Shown piece after piece: positions 54,701 to 59,891 of a DNA stretch of 59,891 bases. The stretch lies in IMG/VR virus record IMGVR_UViG_3300025093_000023, positions 1 to 59,891 of that record; one strand, given 5' to 3'. The DNA comes from a virus (lineage: Duplodnaviria > Caudoviricetes). The translations under genes were made by a program, and so were the position numbers. Numbering within the stretch: position 1 is the first letter of the stretch; each line of letters opens with the position of its first letter. Under the pieces are notes generated by a model that made no database searches, was not told the DNA's origin, and saw only the letters and a list, made by a program, of their open reading frames with translations.

Positions 54701-55223
54701 CATAAGCTTTCTCCACTTTTCGTTTCATATACATATAGTATCCATAGTCTTTATTACCACACAATAACTCTAAACTAGGATAGCGCTCACTCATTATTTC
54801 AGGAGTTAAGTCGTCTTGTAAATGTGTTTCATGTGTATTTCCTTCCCACTCACCTTGCTCCATCTCATATGGAATAGATACAAGGCATTCTTTTCCTTGT
54901 TTTTTAATATTATCAATAAGAGAAATAGCATCTTCCTTGTTGAGGTGCTCTAGTACATCTCCTAGTATAATGAAATCATAGTCTGATATATCAAATTTTC
55001 TTATATCACCTATGTATACATTGTCATACTTATCTCTTAGATTGAACTTCTCAATGTATGGTGAAAATATCTCAACACCATCTATCTGATATCCATGTCC
55101 AGATAGTAAGTCTCCATAAATTCCTGCACCAGGACCTACATCAAGAATTCTTTTAGTAGTTGATACGTTATCGATTACCCATTTTTGGACTCTAGATTTG
55201 AATCCACTCCAGCTGTGCGGCAT
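51759..55223 (-). CDS. Four-domain enzyme: SAM methyltransferase + GT-A glycosyltransferase + GT-B (GT4-like) + TibC/AAH-like heptosyltransferase
   Basis: ILDVGPGAG/GDVLEH; YIDSD; LFLAPHLSTGGMP...ECNPLVLREA; SSSLGDTIAW...FIGLSSGLSWLAW...CHGCWN...WCPEH...FEC. Confidence 0.8.
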   Translation of the reverse strand: MPHSWSGFKSRVQKWVIDNVSTTKRILDVGPGAGIYGDLLSGHGYQIDGVEIFSPYIEKFNLRDKYDNVYIGDIRKFDISDYDFIILGDVLEHLNKEDAISLIDNIKKQGKECLVSIPYEMEQGEWEGNTHETHLQDDLTPEIMSERYPSLELLCGNKDYGYYMYMKRKVEKAYVLYANTSYYDVVCEAVKSINNASDVPVIVYMINSEWKVPGAYKTIKWDLHGIYIKKNKYIDRNDTKVFKLLAERPRVIADALDNYAKTVAYIDSDTIVTKYIDEIFNYYPENCTHPYFTKGIYDYLFINGRGGVETRDELYKSLEHAACELFGVDQNVRDKYRQTGYFVAGQHARKWIDEWMWMCSHPAVVKNPQLYAPYHEETLANVLLWKYNIHEGLPIMYMNYKGEIDIDAIEFTGEMRHESEWVAVPAKKEQLMAFHGEKDINIMKQMNSKLSKRVLFLAPHLSTGGMPEFLLKRIKALSGFNIYVVEWTNYSDEYVVQKNQIKKLVSNFYTLGEDKTELIDIIKDNNIDIVHIDEMAECLGDGADDVLPLLYNNDRSWKIIETCHNISFNADAEKRYHPDVYAFCTPYHLETFKNMPSLREVLEFPIEPVVHDWQSKLNAKYDLELDPSKKHVVNIGLWTKGKNQGEGVALAKKFPNVEFHFVGNQAVNFKDYWEPLMKDLPPNVTVWGERSDTDKFLLAADVFMFNSTWECNPLVLREAISYGLPILARNLPQYKDMFTAYIEDLHPMKMKNQLNKLLTAAPAYDVPSNNTMDVFGERHKELYNKVLDMDVIQNETSKDYNIIQHFVGQPYLEITGRSKDRFNVYMYDGAKLVYNSTIGTNNWVRLNREYYTEWTTLITKASTGEQVYKETLNLYNKRVYIAFDSSSLGDTIAWIPYVLEFKKKHGCKVIVSTFKNFLFEDVYPELEFVKPGTEVENVYAMYKIGWFYNENKEPVLPNTIPLQKAATNILGLPYEEIVPRIKKDWGNVIEGQEYVTIATNSTAGCKFWTREGWQEVINFLHDKGYKVINTSIEDNPFDNCEKISDTSIEYTIDCIRQSTFFIGLSSGLSWLAWAIGVPVVMISNFTEADHEFSCLRVVDTSLCHGCWNNPNHKFDRGDWDWCPEHKNTPRHFECHRGIPASKVIDVVSTVLQMS

Positions 55224-55241
55224 AGTATTTGATTTTACCTA

Positions 55242-55249
55242 CAAAGTTA
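55242..55249 (-). promoter_or_regulatory. -7 box (TAACTTTG) for the glycosyltransferase gene
   Basis: The reverse complement of CAAAGTTA matches TAnnTTTG, 18 nt upstream of the minus-strand ATG. Confidence 0.6.
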
Positions 55250-55270
55250 CAAAAATTGTGAAAACTTTAT

Positions 55271-55332
55271 GCTATATTATGCAAATTATTTGGTCAAGGT
55301 ATTTCTTTTTTTGTAAAGTTTAATTATATTTG
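55271..55332 (+). promoter_or_regulatory. GCTATATTAT motif plus -7 box TATATTTG (55325-55332) for the lysis cassette
   Basis: Same architecture as 41921-41983. Confidence 0.6.
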
Positions 55333-55433
55333 TATATTACAAAGTGCATCCCTGCACAGAACTACAACACACGCCTATATATCCCTCAAACAAGGCACGT
55401 AAACCAACGTGTGTTCTCATACCTATATATATC

Positions 55434-55763
55434 ATGGCCAATAACAATCTATCTGCTTTTCAGCAGCAAGTAAAACAAGAATTAAAAAACATGGATCAAC
55501 GTCTGTACGAGTTGGAGGAAAAAATGAACTCCATCGATACAAAATTAACACAAGTAGTTGATGCAATATTAGGAAACTCCCTGACAAAAACAGGAGGGTT
55601 TATTAATGATATTGACGAACTTAAGAAAAAAATAGAGGAGCTTGAAATACAGCTTCAAAAACAAGAAGAATTCAAAAAGAAGTTCTCTTGGACTATTGGC
55701 CTCATCACTGCTGGAGCATTAATTATCCAGTGGGTTACTAACATATACCCTAAAATTAAATAA
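55434..55763 (+). CDS. Coiled-coil protein with C-terminal transmembrane helix (lysis-associated)
   Basis: Likely ATG at 55434 (MANNNL); heptad repeats followed by WTIGLITAGALIIQWV. Confidence 0.65.
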   Translation: MANNNLSAFQQQVKQELKNMDQRLYELEEKMNSIDTKLTQVVDAILGNSLTKTGGFINDIDELKKKIEELEIQLQKQEEFKKKFSWTIGLITAGALIIQWVTNIYPKIK

Positions 55764-55764
55764 T

Positions 55765-55959
55765 ATGAATAAGATAAAGAACTTATACCATGTAGTAAAA
55801 TCATGGATTGTATCAAACGGAATTGAAGGAGCTTTAGGACTAGCACTTGGAATTATCTTGTGGATAGCAGGATATAAAATCTGGGCTGGTGTTTCTTTTG
55901 GTGTATTTGCTCACAAGAACTGGGACATTGTTAAAGCTTGGATAAACAAAAAAGGATGA
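55765..55959 (+). CDS. Small membrane protein (holin/antiholin-like)
   Basis: 64 aa with a hydrophobic core, upstream of the endolysin. Confidence 0.55.
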   Translation: MNKIKNLYHVVKSWIVSNGIEGALGLALGIILWIAGYKIWAGVSFGVFAHKNWDIVKAWINKKG

Positions 55960-56195
55960 GTAGAAAAGAGAAGATAGATTATTTTTTAAAGAAGTGGATC
56001 AGTAGAAAGCTCACTGTGTTTATAGTGGCTTGTTTTGGTCTGTTCTCTGATAATATAACATCTTCTGATTGGGTGATAATAGCCACTGTATACATATCTA
56101 TACAAGGTGTTTCAGACCTGGTAGAGAAACTATTCAAAGCAAAGAAATCAGATGGTCCAATATATAATCCATACTCTTCTGAAGAAGGTCTATGA
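55956..56195 (+). CDS. Putative holin
   Basis: ATGA overlaps with both neighbours; SRKL followed by two transmembrane segments. Confidence 0.65.
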   Translation: MSRKEKIDYFLKKWISRKLTVFIVACFGLFSDNITSSDWVIIATVYISIQGVSDLVEKLFKAKKSDGPIYNPYSSEEGL

Positions 56196-56641
56196 GAAGA
56201 ATAGATAAGATCATATTACATTGTAGTGCTACCCCTGAGGGTAAGCATTTTGATGTTGATGAGATTAGAAGATGGCATGTTGAAGGAAGAGGTTGGTCAG
56301 ATATTGGATACCATTACATAGTTTATTTAGATGGAAGTATACATAACGGAAGACCTGTTGAAATCCCAGGGGCTCACGTCAGAGGACATAATAAACACAG
56401 CATCGGTGTATGTTATGTTGGTGGACTTTCTGCAGTGAAAGATAAAAGAGGCAGATGGCCTGCTGAAGATACAAGAACTCCACAGCAAAAAGAAGCATTG
56501 TGGAGACTACTCATGGAACTTATGGCTGCATATGATGGTGCAACGCTACATGGTCACAATGAGTTTGCTAGAAAAGCATGTCCTAGCTTTTCAGTAGCTA
56601 AAGAATATAAGGACGTAATTGAATTTTATGCTGATAATTAA
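56192..56641 (+). CDS. Endolysin, N-acetylmuramoyl-L-alanine amidase (T7 lysozyme / Amidase_2 type)
   Basis: IILHCSAT, GWSDIGYH, GAHVRGHN, SIGVCYVGG, GHNE..KACP Zn-ligand motifs. Confidence 0.93.
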   Translation: MRRIDKIILHCSATPEGKHFDVDEIRRWHVEGRGWSDIGYHYIVYLDGSIHNGRPVEIPGAHVRGHNKHSIGVCYVGGLSAVKDKRGRWPAEDTRTPQQKEALWRLLMELMAAYDGATLHGHNEFARKACPSFSVAKEYKDVIEFYADN

Positions 56642-56969
56642 AAAGATTTGGGACTTTTTAAAAGATCAATGGTTTTCATTGGTCATTATTTTAGTACTTG
56701 TGTTTCTACAACTGCAGAGTGATGCTCAATTAGTTGTGTATGAAAACACACTGAAAGAACTACGTGAGGAAATAAAAACCTACAAGCAGTCTGATGAAAC
56801 ACTCAGACAACGTATAGACAGTTTGTCTTCTCTTGAGAAAGAAGTAATAAAGGAAATACAAACCATCAAAGAAACGGAGTATGTACAAATTAAAGTGGTT
56901 GATAGTATGCCTATTAGTGAGCTTCAGCAGTTTTTCACAGACAGATACCCCAGTAGTAATTCTAACTGA
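56628..56969 (+). CDS. Putative inner-membrane spanin (Rz-like)
   Basis: N-terminal transmembrane helix followed by a coiled coil; directly after the endolysin. Confidence 0.6.
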   Translation: MLIIKKIWDFLKDQWFSLVIILVLVFLQLQSDAQLVVYENTLKELREEIKTYKQSDETLRQRIDSLSSLEKEVIKEIQTIKETEYVQIKVVDSMPISELQQFFTDRYPSSNSN

Positions 56970-57345
56970 GGATCAAGCTAGAGAGGTTGCTAAAGATTTA
57001 GTAAGATATGATAACTTAAAGCTTGCATATGCACAGCTTGAGAAGAGAGTTTCACTACTTACAAAAAAAGAAGAGCTCTTTAAAAAGAGACTACTAGCTA
57101 AAGACTCTATTATAACTAAACAGGAAGAGTATATAAGTATACAAGATAAGATTATAAATGCAAAGAAACCGTTGAGGTTTAATGGTTTTGTAGGAGTACA
57201 AACTTTTCAAGCATCTTTAATAGATCCTTTATTATATGTTCAAACTGAGGTGGAATTGAAAAAACTAACACTAGGCGCTCGTGTATGGGTGCAACCAAAC
57301 AATCCTGGTGGCTATGGTTTTGTTGTTGAATATAAAATATTTTAA
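56881..57345 (+). CDS. Putative outer spanin-like secreted protein
   Basis: Overlaps the upstream gene. Signal peptide (SFSSFS/Q), coiled coil, C-terminal beta strands ending YKIF. Confidence 0.55.
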   Translation: MYKLKWLIVCLLVSFSSFSQTDTPVVILTEDQAREVAKDLVRYDNLKLAYAQLEKRVSLLTKKEELFKKRLLAKDSIITKQEEYISIQDKIINAKKPLRFNGFVGVQTFQASLIDPLLYVQTEVELKKLTLGARVWVQPNNPGGYGFVVEYKIF

Positions 57346-57347
57346 CT

Positions 57348-57509
57348 ATGCATGATTACGACATGGATGATTGGTCATTAGAGATAGGATTTCACTGGCC
57401 ACATCAAAGACTAGCACTAGGATGGGAGATAATGCCTCCTGCAGAACAATATAATTATACAACTATCAGGTTGTATCTTTTTGTAATAACACTAACATTA
57501 GACTTCTAA
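57348..57509 (+). CDS. Hypothetical 53-aa beta-rich protein (not in the ORF track)
   Basis: MHDYDMDDWSLEIGFHWPHQRLALGWEI...RLYLFVITLTLDF; starts 2 nt after the upstream stop. Confidence 0.55.
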   Translation: MHDYDMDDWSLEIGFHWPHQRLALGWEIMPPAEQYNYTTIRLYLFVITLTLDF

Positions 57510-57594
57510 TCAAATTAATTAGAAGCCATTAACATATCTAGTTATTTTAATTTTATAAAACATTAAAATAAGTCTAGGAATATTCATAACTTTG
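57503..57594 (+). promoter_or_regulatory. Third palindrome copy (57503-57525) plus -7 box TAACTTTG (57587-57594)
   Basis: CTTCTAATCAA-A-TTAATTAGAAG; the -7 box lies 4 nt before the ATG at 57599. Confidence 0.55.
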
Positions 57595-57598
57595 TAGT

Positions 57599-58231
57599 AT
57601 GGCAACTTTTATAAAAGCAGGCTTTTGGCAGAAACTGTGTGACCCTTGTGAGGGTTATAAACACTGGTTGAACCTAGATAAGTTTGTTGGTAACATTTTA
57701 AACACTACACCAAGAGGCTTGTATTCTCAAACAGCTGATGGTACAGAAATTGTAAATACTGATGTAGAGTCAGATTTAATTGGAACAGGTGTAGGTACTT
57801 TAAGTGTTCCTGCAAATACATTTAAGGTGGGAGATAGCTTTATTGCAAAGATGGGTGGTGTAATTTCTACAGCTGGAGGTGGTGAATTTATAAGAATAAG
57901 AGTGGAAGCACTTAACGATGTAACAATTACATTAGCAGACAGTGCACTTCAGAGTCTTCCAGTATTAAATAACGAATCCTTCACTCTTGAGCTTGATTTT
58001 ACAATCAGAAATATTGGAGCAGCAGGAACTGCAGAGATAGTAACTGTTGGGATTATGACATTTCAAAAGTCTTCTTCAGGAACTATGGAGGGATTTGAAT
58101 TTAGAACAGTTGAAAATACCAACTTTGACACAACCAAAGACTTAACATTAGACATCACTGCTACATGGGGCACAGCAAGTCCTTCAAACAGTATTCAAAG
58201 TCAATATTTTACATTATTTAAAACATATTAA
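57599..58231 (+). CDS. Beta-rich hypothetical (probable structural) protein
   Basis: 210 aa, Thr/Gly-rich beta pattern, N-terminal CxxC. Confidence 0.6.
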   Translation: MATFIKAGFWQKLCDPCEGYKHWLNLDKFVGNILNTTPRGLYSQTADGTEIVNTDVESDLIGTGVGTLSVPANTFKVGDSFIAKMGGVISTAGGGEFIRIRVEALNDVTITLADSALQSLPVLNNESFTLELDFTIRNIGAAGTAEIVTVGIMTFQKSSSGTMEGFEFRTVENTNFDTTKDLTLDITATWGTASPSNSIQSQYFTLFKTY

Positions 58232-58234
58232 AAC

Positions 58235-58369
58235 ATGGGAACACCAAGAAAACAAATAGGATGGAGCACAACAGATAACTTGTTGTGGCAAATTTCTAAG
58301 CAGTTAGACAGGTTGATCAAGGTGACTGGTTCACAGAACACTACCACTACCACTACGACAGCCCCTTAA
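58235..58369 (+). CDS. 44-aa peptide with poly-Thr tail (not in the ORF track)
   Basis: MGTPRKQIGWSTTDNLLWQISKQLDRLIKVTGSQNTTTTTTTAP; fills the intergenic gap. Confidence 0.65.
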   Translation: MGTPRKQIGWSTTDNLLWQISKQLDRLIKVTGSQNTTTTTTTAP

Positions 58370-58396
58370 TAACAATTTAAAAACCAACAACTACAT

Positions 58397-59416
58397 ATGA
58401 AAGATTTAAAATTTATCTGTGCTCAGCCAGATGATACTTACTACACATGGCAAGTACATCTTTGGCTGGAGAGCTTAAAAGAAATAGGTCAGATAGAGAA
58501 TGCAATTGTTCTTGTATTCACACCTGCTGTAAGAGCGTTCAACGATAAGTGGAAAAAGATACAAGATCTGTATCCTGAAGCTGAGTTCAACTTCTATAAA
58601 GATGAAGAGAATGATGTAAGTAAGCTGCTAGGTATATACATTCCTGTATTACGTCCGTGGTTACTTTGGAAATATTTCAAAGAGAATCCAGAAATGTCTA
58701 GCAAAGCTGTGTTCTATTGTGACTCAGACATATTGTTTACAGATAAGTTTGATGTAAGTAAGTTTATAGAAGATGATGTAAACTATCTATCAAACACTAA
58801 CAGCTACATAAATGCTAGCTACTTTGACAGCAAGGTGAATCAGGTGTTACCTGAGAAGCTTGAAGAATATAAGCATAGAGATGTCTTAGCAGAAATTGCA
58901 AGTGTCATAGGAATAACTAGAGAGATAGCTGAGGCTAACAATGAACACTCTGGCGGTGCACAATATTTGTTGAAGAATGTAGACTCTTCGTTCTGGAGCA
59001 AGGTGATGAATGATTGTATACTCATCAGAACATACCTGCAGACAATAAACAGAGAGTTCTTCAAAAGTGAGAACGATGGGTTTCAATCATGGTGTGCAGA
59101 CATGTGGGCTGTATTGTGGAACCTATGGCTTAGAGATCAAGAAACAAAGGTGATACCTGAACTTGATTTTGCATGGGGACCAGACCCTATATCTAAACTA
59201 GATAACTGCTCAATATACCACAACGCTGGTATTGTAGCAACAGAACAAGGAGGATATCCTTGCTTCTATAAAGGAAAATATCACTCTGGTGCAGATCCTA
59301 TGAAAGATCCTCACCTAGATGTTGTGTTAAACAACGAAGAGAGTAAAAAGCATTGCACATGGTATTACGCTAGTGCAGTAAATAACATAAAACAAAAGTA
59401 TAACCTAAACTATTAA
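58397..59416 (+). CDS. GT-A glycosyltransferase resembling peptide O-glycosyltransferases (HPAT/SGT1-like)
   Basis: YYTWQ near the N-terminus, RP, DSD (DxD) motif, GAQY, WCADMWA, IYH. Confidence 0.6.
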   Translation: MKDLKFICAQPDDTYYTWQVHLWLESLKEIGQIENAIVLVFTPAVRAFNDKWKKIQDLYPEAEFNFYKDEENDVSKLLGIYIPVLRPWLLWKYFKENPEMSSKAVFYCDSDILFTDKFDVSKFIEDDVNYLSNTNSYINASYFDSKVNQVLPEKLEEYKHRDVLAEIASVIGITREIAEANNEHSGGAQYLLKNVDSSFWSKVMNDCILIRTYLQTINREFFKSENDGFQSWCADMWAVLWNLWLRDQETKVIPELDFAWGPDPISKLDNCSIYHNAGIVATEQGGYPCFYKGKYHSGADPMKDPHLDVVLNNEESKKHCTWYYASAVNNIKQKYNLNY

Positions 59417-59434
59417 CATTTAAAATTATTTAAA

Positions 59435-59641
59435 ATGGGAAGCATTAAAAAACGTGATTTAAAGGCTTATGTAAGATTCGATGGATCTGGCAGAGTAGTT
59501 CCAGGTAGCTTAGTTCTTAGACGTAAAATGCCTAAGGTTGGTAATTGGCAAGAGATTGTTGGCTATGAGTGCTGCAATCCTACCACTACTACAACTACTA
59601 CAGCTGCACCAACCACAACCACTAGTACAACTACTGTATAA
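59435..59641 (+). CDS. Small basic protein with poly-Thr tail
   Basis: 68 aa; ends ECCNPTTTTTTTAAPTTTTSTTTV. Confidence 0.7.
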   Translation: MGSIKKRDLKAYVRFDGSGRVVPGSLVLRRKMPKVGNWQEIVGYECCNPTTTTTTTAAPTTTTSTTTV

Positions 59642-59647
59642 ACATAA

Positions 59648-59891
59648 ATGGAGATAAGAAGGAAATTCTTTCCTGAGGTAATGCTAGAGAATGAAAAAGC
59701 ATACTTCGCACATCTTGAAGGCGTGATAAGTTCTGTTGATGAATTCTCTAGCTTACAAATAACCAGGACAAACAATGCATATATATTTAGACTGGCACCT
59801 AGTATGCCTAGATATAATGATATGTTGTTAGAAGAAATTCTTAGACTCCATAACATGTTTAGAATAAAGTTGGACATATCAAAGAGCATAA
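59648..59891 (+). CDS. Hypothetical protein, 3'-truncated by the window
   Basis: ATG at 59648, open to the end of the window (MEIRRKFFPEVMLENEKAY...). Confidence 0.6.
   Translation, partial: MEIRRKFFPEVMLENEKAYFAHLEGVISSVDEFSSLQITRTNNAYIFRLAPSMPRYNDMLLEEILRLHNMFRIKLDISKSI

Larger units (their letters stand above)
1..59891 (+). mobile_element. Bacteriophage genome segment (crAss-like / Bacteroidota-infecting podovirus), structural, cargo and lysis modules
   Basis: Dense, mostly co-oriented ORFs. IHF-like, tail tubular, tail stabilisation and giant cargo/virion RNAP gene order. Amidase lysis cassette, TAnnTTTG promoter boxes, no housekeeping genes. Confidence 0.9.

Noticed and set aside
55344-55433. 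GTG-initiated N-terminal extension and a small CACGT/ACGTG hairpin
   Set aside because: The ATG at 55434 is the more plausible start, and a 5-6 bp stem is too weak to call.
59563-59889. Minus-strand 108-aa ORF at the window end
   Set aside because: It overlaps two better-supported plus-strand ORFs, and its poly-Val is the antisense of the poly-Thr tract.
1-59891. Stop-codon reassignment as seen in some crAss-like phages
   Set aside because: Genes are long and tightly packed under the standard code, and TAA, TAG (51781, 51759) and TGA (55959) all serve as apparent stops.
1-59891. Diversity-generating retroelement, introns/inteins, tRNAs, integrase
   Set aside because: No reverse transcriptase, template/variable repeat pair, homing nuclease or intein motif, cloverleaf or recombinase was recognised by eye.

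Overview
This 59.9 kb AT-rich window is the virion-morphogenesis arm of a tailed phage resembling crAss-like / Cellulophaga phi14:2-type podoviruses. TAnnTTTG promoter boxes point to a Bacteroidota host. Gene order: 3' end of a trypsin-like protease; small Cys/Thr-rich structural genes; metallophosphoesterase; ring / IHF-like / tail-tubular / tail-stabilisation block; five giant cargo proteins, including a 4186-aa virion RNA polymerase (RIPTQ...GSDFDIDK); a 2498-aa Gly-Thr-Ser-repeat fibre and a collagen-like fibre; a four-domain methyl/glycosyltransferase on the opposite strand; a holin-amidase-spanin lysis cassette; and a second glycosyltransferase flanked by poly-Thr peptides. The most notable hypothesis is a phage-encoded protein O-glycosylation ('glycan shield') system. 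It would combine a TibC/AAH-type heptosyltransferase domain, a plant HPAT/SGT1-like transferase and many Ser/Thr-rich acceptor tracts on structural proteins. Two upstream motifs sit at near-fixed distances from the -7 promoter boxes. All family assignments come from motif recognition by eye; no database search was run. No tRNA, rRNA, CRISPR array or integrase was seen.
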